In this document: positions 10,357-18,909 of the stretch, one piece after another
Numbering within the stretch: position 1 is the first letter of the stretch
Layout of the letters: each line of letters starts with the position of its first letter
IMG/VR virus record: IMGVR_UViG_3300028887_000103
Span: 16,373-80,372 of that record
Strand: one strand, 5' to 3'
Source: a virus
Lineage: Duplodnaviria; Caudoviricetes
Length of the DNA stretch: 64,000 nucleotides
Made by a program: the position numbers and the translations under genes
The notes under the pieces: model-generated
Database searches by the model: none
Told to the model about the DNA's origin: nothing
The model's input: only the letters and a program-made list of their open reading frames with translations

Positions 10357-10603
10357 AAAAGCAATGGCTACACAACCAATTGAAACGAGTATTTCTACTC
10401 AGAGAAAATTGTCGATTGCAGTGGGCCTTCTGTCGTTTGGTGCTTTCGTGATTCAAGCCCTAGGGCAAACTTGGGGGTTCTCAGAAGTAGCAACACAGAT
10501 TGTTCAGACTTGCTTGGCAATTTCAGGTGGCATAAGTATTTACTTCTTAGGTTCAACAACTCAGAAGATTACCGAGGAGAAGAAGCAAAATGGAGAAAGT
10601 TAA
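10346..10603 (+). CDS. Holin (two predicted TM segments; start re-called to ATG 10346)
   Basis: AAGGAG Shine-Dalgarno before 10346; two hydrophobic stretches; charged C-tail; overlaps the endolysin start. Confidence 0.7.
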   Translation: MATKKAMATQPIETSISTQRKLSIAVGLLSFGAFVIQALGQTWGFSEVATQIVQTCLAISGGISIYFLGSTTQKITEEKKQNGES

Positions 10604-11615
10604 ACAATTTTTCTTTGATTATCTACACTGGCTTATAGTCGGTGGAGTAGTAGTTCTCTGTGCTTTGTTCTTAGTCGTTGGTCATAAAGGTGAAGATGGG
10701 TACGTGACTTTGTCTGGAGGGGAAGTGACAATCACAGAGTCCACTCAACAGTTTATTAAAGAGGCACAGCAAGCAATAATTGAGTATTCCGAAACGGCTA
10801 TTCCTGCTGTCATAATCAATGACAATGGCGAAGAAGAAACTATTGAAGTGCCGACAGTAGAAAGTATTGACGGTGGCGAAATACTACACGATGAAGATTG
10901 CCCAGAAGGAGAATGTGGCAAGGGTGCGTATGTTTATGCTCCAACGGATACATATCAGCATTTTAAGGATTATACTATCGGGAAATGTTGGAATGTTGAC
11001 GGTGCTTATGGAGCACAATGCTGGGACCTCTCATCTTTACACGCTATGAATTACACTAATGACAAAAGAGTGTTCTCTACTTGTGGGACTGGTGCTGCTA
11101 AAGGTATGTGGGCTTGTAAAGAACAGAATGCTGGGACAGAGTATGATTTAGTCTACAACATTGGTAATCTTATAGTCGGTGATATTGCTGTGTTTGATGG
11201 TGGGACTTGGGGACACACTTGTATCATCGCAGGTCCAGTCAAGAATGGCTATGTGGCTTGTCTTGGGCAAAACCAAGGTGGGAGTGCTTGTCCTGGTGGT
11301 GGTGCTGCTACAAACATCATAAATATATCATTGAAAAACTTCTTGGGTGCTTTCCACCCGAAGACTTATGTTGACCCAGAACCGACACCTCCAACGCCTA
11401 CACCAACTGCTAAGTGTAAGAGCTGGACACTGTCTTGGGGCGATACTCTAGGTGCAATAATGAAAACTTGTGAGGGCAAAATAGAGTGGGGTGAAGTAAT
11501 GAATGCTTACGCAAAAACTTGGACCGACGAGGCTACTGGTATGACCGTTTGGGAAGGTTGGAACACCTATCCCGGAATTGGATTATATGCTGGGCATACA
11601 ATCGTAAAGAAATAA
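10590..11615 (+). CDS. Endolysin: N-terminal TM anchor, CHAP catalytic domain, Pro/Thr linker, LysM-like C-terminal domain
   Basis: YGAQCWDL (catalytic Cys) and WGHT (His) CHAP motifs; PTPPTPTPT linker; WGDTLGAI...LYAGHTI LysM-like segment. Confidence 0.8.
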   Translation: MEKVKQFFFDYLHWLIVGGVVVLCALFLVVGHKGEDGYVTLSGGEVTITESTQQFIKEAQQAIIEYSETAIPAVIINDNGEEETIEVPTVESIDGGEILHDEDCPEGECGKGAYVYAPTDTYQHFKDYTIGKCWNVDGAYGAQCWDLSSLHAMNYTNDKRVFSTCGTGAAKGMWACKEQNAGTEYDLVYNIGNLIVGDIAVFDGGTWGHTCIIAGPVKNGYVACLGQNQGGSACPGGGAATNIINISLKNFLGAFHPKTYVDPEPTPPTPTPTAKCKSWTLSWGDTLGAIMKTCEGKIEWGEVMNAYAKTWTDEATGMTVWEGWNTYPGIGLYAGHTIVKK

Positions 11616-12107
11616 CTATTTCCCGACTGTGAAGTTGATATTTAGGGTGAGTGAAAAACCGTTCTCAAGGGCGGTTTTTTCTACTGGAATAGTAACTTGC
11701 TGTGTCGGGGTGACTGGCTCTGCTGGCTTAACCACTGGTTCAATTGGTTTCGTTACAGGTTTGACAATTGCTGTGGATTTCTTTTTCTTAGCCGTAGGCT
11801 TTGCCACTTTGTTCTCATAAAAATGATACTCGTATTCTGGTCGATTATTTTTGTCAAACTTAACGAGAGTCTCCGTCATATAGCCGAGTGAAATCTTACG
11901 ATGGACCCACGTGTTAGCGACTGATATGCGTTCTTTTGGAATACCGACAAGTTCTGCCACTTCTGTTCTGTTTTTGGCTTGTGCTAATCTGCCGTCTTTT
12001 TCGGCTTCAATAATTTTTTTCATTCGTAACTCACCGAGTTGCTTGCGAGTCAGAGGCTGTTCTGTTTTTTTCAGAAAGTCTTTTGTGAAGATTACTCTTC
12101 CATTCAT
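11616..12107 (-). CDS. Hypothetical basic protein, possible DNA-binding regulator
   Basis: Good SD (AAAGGA) on the minus strand; helix-turn-helix-like segment (RTEVAELVGIP) and Lys/Pro-rich tail. Confidence 0.55.
   Translation of the reverse strand: MNGRVIFTKDFLKKTEQPLTRKQLGELRMKKIIEAEKDGRLAQAKNRTEVAELVGIPKERISVANTWVHRKISLGYMTETLVKFDKNNRPEYEYHFYENKVAKPTAKKKKSTAIVKPVTKPIEPVVKPAEPVTPTQQVTIPVEKTALENGFSLTLNINFTVGK
11654..11680 (+). terminator. Intrinsic terminator of the late/lysis operon (inside the 3' end of the opposite-strand gene)
   Basis: AAAAACCGTTC-TCAA-GGGCGGTTTTTT hairpin plus T tract. Confidence 0.7.
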
Positions 12108-12145
12108 TGCTTTATTCCTTTCTTTTAGATTTGATATAATATAGA

Positions 12146-12333
12146 GTAGATGTGTTATTATCAGCCGTAACGAGACTGCTCTATGTGAGGTAGGTTCTTA
12201 CCTCCAACCTACATTCGGCTTTGACCTGCGAGGGTTGCTTCAGTCCGTCTGAAGTGTAAAATGTTGGCTTAAAAATGCTCACCACATCTATAACACCTCC
12301 TTTCTTTGGAAGAAGACCCTTCGGGGTCTTTTT
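12146..12333 (+). ncRNA. Candidate small RNA antisense to the leader of the 11616..12107 gene
   Basis: Extended -10 TGATATAAT (12132-12140); closing helix TAGATGTG/CACATCTA; internal hairpins; ends at a terminator; no ORF. Confidence 0.45.
12313..12333 (+). terminator. Intrinsic terminator
   Basis: AAGACCC-TTCG-GGGTCTT followed by T tract. Confidence 0.8.
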
Positions 12334-12439
12334 CTTTTTGTTAAGCAGAAAAGGCTAGGTGAAAGACGCAAGTATGAAGCGTATGACCTAGCCTATCTGT
12401 AAAGCGAGGCTTGATTATGCCTAAATCAAACCTACCCTT

Positions 12440-12468
12440 ATTATAATGCAAAACGATGAAAATGTCAA
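12440..12468 (-). promoter_or_regulatory. Consensus sigma70-type promoter on the minus strand
   Basis: TTGACA-17 nt-TATAAT on the reverse strand. Confidence 0.8.
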
Positions 12469-12501
12469 GGAAATCGTTTTTGAGGGTCGTTTTGGCTTGA
12501 A

Positions 12502-12517
12502 TAGTATAATATATCGT
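12502..12517. repeat. Intergenic motif TAGTAT-N4-TATCGT, copy 1 of 3
   Basis: Same motif and spacing at 39383-39398 and 55739-55754. Confidence 0.6.
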
Positions 12518-12673
12518 CTTTGGGTCTAAAACCGTTTCTAGACGGCAATACGCAAGAATTACGGCATATTTTTTGTGGTGGTCGTGGTGGGCTTGAAAAT
12601 CCGAGGTTGATTTTTCTGCAATTCTGTGTTATAATAGTAGAGGGCGAATATTAACATTAAGAAAGGAAATAGT

Positions 12674-12940
12674 ATGGATTTCAAGATTAAGAAACCAGTT
12701 TACTATGTAGGTGTTCAAACGGGAGATTTTGAAAATCGTGATTACCACTTGACACTTATAACCGAAGTCGACTATGGAAAGAGGACTTGGAAGGCTGAAG
12801 TAGATAAGAAGCCCAAGAAGTTCACTAAGGAGTTGGCTGAAGAAATGGTAATCTGCTTGGCCATCAACGATGCCTTTGCTGTAGTAGTCTATTGCGATGG
12901 CGAATTGACTGGTCAACCATTCACTAAACACGACAAGTAA
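12674..12940 (+). CDS. Hypothetical protein
   Basis: SD GAAAGGA; TATAAT upstream. Confidence 0.7.
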   Translation: MDFKIKKPVYYVGVQTGDFENRDYHLTLITEVDYGKRTWKAEVDKKPKKFTKELAEEMVICLAINDAFAVVVYCDGELTGQPFTKHDK

Positions 12941-12950
12941 CTACAAAAGG

Positions 12951-13205
12951 GTGGGCACAAAGAAAGGAATGGTAATGAAAAAATCCACTAAAGAGTTTAT
13001 TCAGAGACTTCTGGATAGGGAGTTGCAAGCAGAGTTCCTGCAACAGAATCCGAATCCTCTAGAGGTTGAATATGTTAGAGACCTCATAGATGCTAGTAAA
13101 GATTTTGCTAAATGCTCTGGAGACTGGATGACCGTCTATTATACCAACGGGCTAATTGAGCAAGTCTTAACGGATAAGGATTTAGGGTATTCAGGTGGCC
13201 TCTAG
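12951..13205 (+). CDS. Hypothetical protein (likely start ATG 12975)
   Basis: ORF in operon with SD. Confidence 0.65.
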   Translation: MGTKKGMVMKKSTKEFIQRLLDRELQAEFLQQNPNPLEVEYVRDLIDASKDFAKCSGDWMTVYYTNGLIEQVLTDKDLGYSGGL

Positions 13206-13244
13206 GGTGTGGAAAACTCTATAAAAGAAAGTAGCCGAAATGTC

Positions 13245-13282
13245 AAAAAAGTATTGATTTTTGGCTATTTTTTTGTTATAAT
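13245..13282 (+). promoter_or_regulatory. Repeated 38-bp promoter cassette, copy 1 of 3
   Basis: AAAAAAGTA-TTGATT-17 nt-TATAAT; 37/38 identical to 40095-40132 and 55792-55829. Confidence 0.85.
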
Positions 13283-13319
13283 TAAGGTAGGGTGGAATAA
13301 ATTAAAGAAAGGAAAATGT

Positions 13320-13466
13320 ATGCAATTTACAAAAGAAATTGACAAAAAGCTGAAAGAGTTATTTACTCAAAAAGCGTTTAGCGAAGACGAGTTGAAACTT
13401 TTGGCTGAAATAATAACCCTTGCCTACGAGGAAGGGAAAAAGGAAGGAGTGGGCAATGACAAATAA
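13320..13466 (+). CDS. Small hypothetical protein (48 aa; start re-called)
   Basis: SD AAGAAAGGA before ATG 13320; the longer GTG-start ORF runs through the promoter. Confidence 0.65.
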   Translation: MQFTKEIDKKLKELFTQKAFSEDELKLLAEIITLAYEEGKKEGVGNDK

Positions 13467-13656
13467 CTATTACAAACAAGTAAAGAGTGGTCAGTATAGG
13501 TATGTCACTAACCACGGGATGGGACCAGGTGCTTATCCAAAAGACTGCATTGGCGTAAGAGCCTTACCGAATTATAAAACAGAGTTGTTCTTTGACAGAC
13601 CATTAACGCAAGAAGAACTTGACCAATATGATATCAAAGCAGAATGGGAGAGTTAG
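13456..13656 (+). CDS. Small protein resembling the DarA C-terminal domain
   Basis: YRY...GPGAYPK...FDRPLTQEELDQYDI pattern recalled for DarA_C; SD GGAG. Confidence 0.45.
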   Translation: MTNNYYKQVKSGQYRYVTNHGMGPGAYPKDCIGVRALPNYKTELFFDRPLTQEELDQYDIKAEWES

Positions 13657-13988
13657 AAATGTTTGGTATTCCTTTAACGAAGTGGCCGATAGAAGAAATG
13701 ACAGGCTACAAGCCAAAAACTACATTCTGGAATGATTTTGAAATTGCAGAAGCGTTTGGAATAGCAGAAGTGGAAGATACTTACAAAAGATGTTTCAAAC
13801 ATTGGAAGCACGATGTAGAGTATATTACAGAATTGGCTATGGTAGTCAACTGGAGGCTTCACTATTGGTTTGGTAAGAATGACAAATTGGCTAGATTATA
13901 CGAGAAGTTCTGGTTTGATTGCGATAAGTGGTGTATGGAAAACTTAAAAGATAAGGATTTGACCTATTATGTCCGCACTACTGATTAA
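13644..13988 (+). CDS. Hypothetical phage protein
   Basis: Coupled ORF with aromatic-rich sequence. Confidence 0.7.
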   Translation: MGELEMFGIPLTKWPIEEMTGYKPKTTFWNDFEIAEAFGIAEVEDTYKRCFKHWKHDVEYITELAMVVNWRLHYWFGKNDKLARLYEKFWFDCDKWCMENLKDKDLTYYVRTTD

Positions 13989-14166
13989 GATTTACTACAT
14001 AAATCCTGCTGGAATGACAGAAAGCGTCATCTGTCAAGGAGAAACGCAAGAGGAGTTGCAGAAAGACGCAGATTTGACAATTGATAGATTGGGGTGGAAT
14101 CGTGACTACTGTTGGTCGGAAGTAGTTAGAAATAATAAAGGAAAGGAGTCTTCAAGATGTATGTAG
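13969..14166 (+). CDS. Hypothetical protein
   Basis: Overlapping ORF in the operon. Confidence 0.55.
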   Translation: MSALLIKIYYINPAGMTESVICQGETQEELQKDADLTIDRLGWNRDYCWSEVVRNNKGKESSRCM

Positions 14167-14399
14167 TCTGGTGCGAAACTACTGAAGGAAACGGATGTTA
14201 CTTCGGTGGTATCTATCGTTCTCACGATAGGGCATTAAATAGAATGAAGTGGTGTAGCAATCATTGTCTCTACGGAAATGATGCTTGGAAGATTTCGTTT
14301 GTGAAGGCACAGCCAGCGGAAGGTGGCTATTATGCAGACGCTTTTGATAACGAAATAGAACCTGGTGACAATGTTGAATATGCAGAAAATGAACAATAA
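14157..14399 (+). CDS. Hypothetical protein
   Basis: SD AAGGAG; coupled ORF. Confidence 0.65.
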   Translation: MYVVWCETTEGNGCYFGGIYRSHDRALNRMKWCSNHCLYGNDAWKISFVKAQPAEGGYYADAFDNEIEPGDNVEYAENEQ

Positions 14400-14661
14400 A
14401 GAAAGGAATGAAATGCACGGAAATAAATTTCGAGATACAGAGGGTAGGTGGATGTCAAGATGTAACCCCTACCACGATGGTCATCATTTAGGAGGAACAA
14501 TCCCAGAAGGAGATTGTCCGAAGTGTCATAAGCACTACAGAGGTCATCCTGCTTTAAGTCGGGAAGACAACAAAACTAAAATCTGTCCAGAATGTGGGCA
14601 GAGAGAAGCGTTGGAAGCGTTTCAAGGTTACTTGAAAATCAAGCACGAGAAAGGAGAATAA
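14365..14661 (+). CDS. Zinc-ribbon hypothetical protein
   Basis: CPKC and CPEC pairs. Confidence 0.65.
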   Translation: MTMLNMQKMNNKERNEMHGNKFRDTEGRWMSRCNPYHDGHHLGGTIPEGDCPKCHKHYRGHPALSREDNKTKICPECGQREALEAFQGYLKIKHEKGE

Positions 14662-14663
14662 TA

Positions 14664-14999
14664 ATGGCAGACGATGCTGTTCCAGTTTCAAATCTTACCC
14701 TTAACAAGAAGGTTCTGTATAATGCGATGCTCAAGAGTCGCAAAAAGAGTGATACAGAATTCATAAAAGATGTAGATTTGGTAATTACTTCGGCTTGGTG
14801 TGCTGGACAAATGCAGGGTGCAATGGAAACCGCACAGTATGCTGGAATAAATGAATTGATGGAAAATCCACTAGAACTGCTTGGAGTGTTAGAATACATA
14901 ACAGAAAAAGTAGAGTCTGAAATGGATGACCCATCAGAATGGGAAAAATTCACCAGAGAATTAAACAAACAAAAAACCACCTCTGATAAGGTAGATTAA
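14664..14999 (+). CDS. Hypothetical protein (start re-called to 14664)
   Basis: SD AAAGGAG before ATG 14664. Confidence 0.65.
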   Translation: MADDAVPVSNLTLNKKVLYNAMLKSRKKSDTEFIKDVDLVITSAWCAGQMQGAMETAQYAGINELMENPLELLGVLEYITEKVESEMDDPSEWEKFTRELNKQKTTSDKVD

Positions 15000-15099
15000 A
15001 GTTCCACTGGTGTTTCTATGTAGGGCAAGCCGATTTTTGTTCTGCAACTTACTATGTGATACTTGTATTTTCTTGGTTTACGCATATTGTGTCCTTCTA

Positions 15100-16113
15100 T
15101 TATACCATATTACGAGGCTTTATTAACTGCCAGATTTGCTTATTGAGGGCTTCATCGCCTCTTTTTTTCAGCGTGAAAATTAACGACCTCATCTCTTTTG
15201 ATAAAGAATTATCTAGGGCTATGTCCTTGTCAGACAAGTGCTTTCTAGGCTCATACTCGTTCTTTACGGCAAGGAAAATCAGCGAGTGGTTATATTGTAG
15301 TTCGTCTTCCCACACTTCCATCTGACGCATAAATTCGTCTGGGATATCTAAATCTTGAATTCGTTGACCACTGGATAGGAGTTCCCACACCCTCTTTTTT
15401 GTGCAATCGGACAGTAGTCTGTGGTGGTTAATAAAGTATTGAGTCTTGATTTTAACTCGTTCAAAAGTCTTCAAGTCTTGTGCGACCACCCCTTCCACTT
15501 TTTGCTTTAAGTATTCTTTAGCCTCTGCCAATGATAATTCTTTAGCGATAGGAAATGGGCATTCTTCGTCTGGAATAATTTCGTTGAAGTTCTCATCTCT
15601 TATGGCCCAGCAAACTAACTTTGGCACTGGGTGTTTAGTTAGAATGATTGCTTCGTCACCTGGAAAGTTCTGCAAAAGTTCACAGAAATAAGTATAATTC
15701 GGGGTCATCTTTAGTAAGATTTCGTCTGTGAGGAACTTGTCCACAGCATCAATATACTGGTTTTTGAAACTCCCTCTAGAAGTGACAATCAGTCCCCAAT
15801 CAGAGTCTAGTTTGATTGAGATATAATAACCATCTAGTTTTTCGGAAATTCTAGCGTTCATCAAGTTGATTTCGGCGGCTAGAGGCTCTCCTTGGTTAAA
15901 AAACTTTTCAGGGCATCTAATGACAATCTTATAATTACTGTCTAATACTAAACCCCTTGTCTGTCTAGTAATCTTGTTCCAGTTGCCTTCGAACTGGGTT
16001 TTTTGGGAGTAGTTATAGATTGACAATGGTAATCTTGGGTGGTCAACCTTGCGAATATAGCCATCATCTACTAAAGAAATCAAATCGTCAATGTCTTGTT
16101 CACTTAAATTCAT
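15100..16113 (-). CDS. RNA ligase (T4 Rnl1-like nucleotidyltransferase)
   Basis: Motif I EKLDG, EGVV and RVKIK motifs; N-terminal 'YNYSQKTQFEGNW...RGLVLD' typical of Rnl1. Confidence 0.85.
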   Translation of the reverse strand: MNLSEQDIDDLISLVDDGYIRKVDHPRLPLSIYNYSQKTQFEGNWNKITRQTRGLVLDSNYKIVIRCPEKFFNQGEPLAAEINLMNARISEKLDGYYISIKLDSDWGLIVTSRGSFKNQYIDAVDKFLTDEILLKMTPNYTYFCELLQNFPGDEAIILTKHPVPKLVCWAIRDENFNEIIPDEECPFPIAKELSLAEAKEYLKQKVEGVVAQDLKTFERVKIKTQYFINHHRLLSDCTKKRVWELLSSGQRIQDLDIPDEFMRQMEVWEDELQYNHSLIFLAVKNEYEPRKHLSDKDIALDNSLSKEMRSLIFTLKKRGDEALNKQIWQLIKPRNMV

Positions 16114-16180
16114 AATGAAAATAGCCTCTGGGAGAAAGGGTAGATGAACTCCCAGAGACTTACCTCCTCCTAACTAAATA

Positions 16181-16954
16181 CTACCACGGAAGTTCTTTGC
16201 CGTCAAGAGAGATTTTGACAAAATTCTTGTCCTCAAGGGTAAGCAAAGAGTCGTCACCATACGGGGAATAATCAGAATAGGTAGAGAATGTGTCACAGAA
16301 ATAGATTTCTTCATCGTAGTTATTATAGAAGGTTACGGTCTGGTGTGGAGTATGTCCTACAATCTGAATTACTGGAAACCAATCTGCTATGAGTTCAACT
16401 GTGTCTGCCCAGAGTGGACTAGGGTCTTGGTGTCCTCCACGAGCATAACCTACATCGCCAAGTCCGAAGAAAGCGTCTTCACAATTTTCTTGTTTACGGT
16501 GATGAAAGGCATAGTTGGTTACTTTCATAATATCCCACGGGCTTTCAAAAGGTTTTTGAAAATACTTATTCAACCACGATTTAGTGAATCCTGCGTGAGA
16601 ACAGATAAAGGAACGGTCTTTGGGAACGAAAGCGATGTCAAAAAGTTCTTCGTATTTGGTAAAGAGTGGAGATATTAACTGTGAAGTCATAAAGTTATAA
16701 CCAGAACAAGCAAAAGGTTTGCCAAACCATTCAGATAAGTCGTGGTTACCTAGCAGAAGAATAACTTTGCCTGGGTTTGATAATTTGAAATCAATCAGAT
16801 TTTCTAATAACTGTTTAGAGTATTCTGGTGCTGACATCCAATCGTCAACATAATCGCCAAGGAAAATAACTTTGTCGTATCCTTCGGACAATTCTTTAAC
16901 CCGTTCTAGTATCCCGTTCTTGGTGTGTAAATCCCCTACGAATAAGTATTTCAT
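16181..16954 (-). CDS. Calcineurin-like metallophosphoesterase
   Basis: GDLH, GDYVD, GNHD, SHAG and GHT motifs. Confidence 0.9.
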   Translation of the reverse strand: MKYLFVGDLHTKNGILERVKELSEGYDKVIFLGDYVDDWMSAPEYSKQLLENLIDFKLSNPGKVILLLGNHDLSEWFGKPFACSGYNFMTSQLISPLFTKYEELFDIAFVPKDRSFICSHAGFTKSWLNKYFQKPFESPWDIMKVTNYAFHHRKQENCEDAFFGLGDVGYARGGHQDPSPLWADTVELIADWFPVIQIVGHTPHQTVTFYNNYDEEIYFCDTFSTYSDYSPYGDDSLLTLEDKNFVKISLDGKELPW

Positions 16955-17548
16955 TTAACTTTCATCCTCCAATACACTAATTATAGTAGGGTTATCTTGA
17001 CAATTCAAGTCTGCACCTACACCTCTTGCGAGCAGATATTCGTTACAAATCTTGCCGATTAAGTATTCCATTAGGGTTTTACGTTCTTCCCAACCTTCGT
17101 TCTTGGCCTTTAGATTGCTTTTGAGGATATTGTCTATCTGTCGAATGGCAAACTTAACACCATTATCTTGAGATTTTACTGCCATCTGGATAGTTTCTTT
17201 GGACGGTGCCTTGCCATAATTCAGGAGTAGAAAATTATAAAGTTGCTCTGGAGTGACAATCTCTATTACTTCGGTGTCTGGGTCATCAGAATCACCTAAC
17301 CAGATTCGACTACCTTTTTTGTTTCTGCCTCGGTCTGGAGCGTCCCACAACCACCACGAGATATAACCATCATCGTCCCCCATAGCATCCACTAGGAAAT
17401 CTACTAGGATGTCTAGTAGTCCTGTCTTTGCGAAGCCAGTAAAGTCGGAAGGTGCGTATTCCCGAAGTGCTTCGTCGAATTTTTCTTGGGAATCTTCTTC
17501 CTTTAAGATGAGTTCCAGTATAGTTAAGAACTGTTTTTTTGTTAGCAT
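16955..17548 (-). CDS. Hypothetical protein
   Basis: Coupled ORF in the minus-strand operon. Confidence 0.65.
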   Translation of the reverse strand: MLTKKQFLTILELILKEEDSQEKFDEALREYAPSDFTGFAKTGLLDILVDFLVDAMGDDDGYISWWLWDAPDRGRNKKGSRIWLGDSDDPDTEVIEIVTPEQLYNFLLLNYGKAPSKETIQMAVKSQDNGVKFAIRQIDNILKSNLKAKNEGWEERKTLMEYLIGKICNEYLLARGVGADLNCQDNPTIISVLEDES

Positions 17549-17763
17549 TATTCCTCCTCTTTAAATAAGTTACCTTCATCAATGACAATCATACCTTTTC
17601 GCTGGATTTCTCCATCTGCTACAGTCAAGTCTTCTTCAGATAAGATATGTTCTGGGAACAGTTCAAGAAGTTGCAAGTAATTATCGGGGTCTCCTTCGTT
17701 CTGTTTGACAAACTCCCTTAAAACTCCGAGTGGCACGGCTAAATAAAACTTTTCGTTAATCAT
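17548..17763 (-). CDS. Hypothetical protein
   Basis: Coupled ORF. Confidence 0.6.
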   Translation of the reverse strand: MINEKFYLAVPLGVLREFVKQNEGDPDNYLQLLELFPEHILSEEDLTVADGEIQRKGMIVIDEGNLFKEEE

Positions 17764-18157
17764 AGAGGTCGTCTTCCTTTCTTAAACTGTCCAAACATTC
17801 TTCTAACATTATAGCCAATTCATCGTGGGAGGTAGGACGGTTTGTCCAGAATCCTCGTCCACAATACTTATACCAAGTGATTTCTAAATCTCTCCACTTG
17901 AAGTTGATAGGTTGAGGGTTTGGGCTACTGTCATCATAGTCCCAACCCCAATCGTATGCGTGAACCTCGAAGGCGTCGTTTTTGTAGCCTTCTACATTGC
18001 CGGTATTTCTCCACGGATTTTGGTCATCATATTCTTTTTGATGAATATTCCACATCACTCTTAACCAATCATTTTCGATATAAGTTAAGATACAATCTAA
18101 AAAGTGATAACTGACACCGAGATTGTCGTTATTCATACTTCTCCCTTCTATATACAT
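17756..18157 (-). CDS. Hypothetical protein
   Basis: Coupled ORF, Trp-rich. Confidence 0.65.
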   Translation of the reverse strand: MYIEGRSMNNDNLGVSYHFLDCILTYIENDWLRVMWNIHQKEYDDQNPWRNTGNVEGYKNDAFEVHAYDWGWDYDDSSPNPQPINFKWRDLEITWYKYCGRGFWTNRPTSHDELAIMLEECLDSLRKEDDLYD

Positions 18158-18629
18158 TAGATTGGTCTTTTTCTATCAAGTTGGCAATCTTGCGAGTGCC
18201 TACGAATAAGTTCTCATATCGGTTATAGATAATCTGCATCTGGGAGAGTCTATACTTCCACTCTAGAAGTTGCTGTTGGGCTTTGATGTATTCCGGCTGA
18301 GTTTTGACAAAAGATTCACGGTCTTTGGCATTGGCAAGTCCGAGGTCTTCCTTGCGTTGATTGCATTTTCGCCAGAGTTCAGCAGTGATTGTGTCCACAT
18401 CAAGTTTGGCGTAATCGTATGCTCGTTGAAGTTTAGCGAGGAACAAGCCTGCTTCTGCTAGCATATTCGGGTCGTGTGATAAATGAAATCTGACCTGTTC
18501 TTCGTTAAAGCCCTCCATCTCACCTACCTGAATAGTCCGAATCATTTCGTTTTGTGCCTCTTCCACCCTATCAACATATTTTTGCAATCGGGCTATTCTT
18601 TGTTCTTCTGATTGAGTGAGGCTTTTCAT
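18129..18629 (-). CDS. Helical protein, possibly UvsY-like recombination mediator
   Basis: Coiled-coil character and location in the recombination operon; resemblance is weak. Confidence 0.35.
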   Translation of the reverse strand: MKSLTQSEEQRIARLQKYVDRVEEAQNEMIRTIQVGEMEGFNEEQVRFHLSHDPNMLAEAGLFLAKLQRAYDYAKLDVDTITAELWRKCNQRKEDLGLANAKDRESFVKTQPEYIKAQQQLLEWKYRLSQMQIIYNRYENLFVGTRKIANLIEKDQSNVYRREKYE

Positions 18630-18660
18630 ACCACAATCATATCATAACGGAATGAAAAAA

Positions 18661-18900
18661 TCAACCTCTGAATTTCTCCCCAACCCACTTTTTCGTAAGG
18701 TGATATTTTCCACAGTAGGAACATTGGTAATAATTCAATCTGATACCATATTTCATACACTGGTGTCTAATCATTCGGTTGGCTGCTCCAGAAGTTTCGT
18801 AGGCTTTCTTTTTCTTGCACTCGGAATACCAGCGTCGCTTATCTATGCGATAATTTTTGTTATGGATTTTACCTCGTAACTGCTTGCGAGAGTATTTCAT
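18661..18900 (-). CDS. Small basic zinc-binding hypothetical protein
   Basis: YQCSYCGKYHLT motif. Confidence 0.6.
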   Translation of the reverse strand: MKYSRKQLRGKIHNKNYRIDKRRWYSECKKKKAYETSGAANRMIRHQCMKYGIRLNYYQCSYCGKYHLTKKWVGEKFRG

Positions 18901-18909
18901 TGGCTCTCC

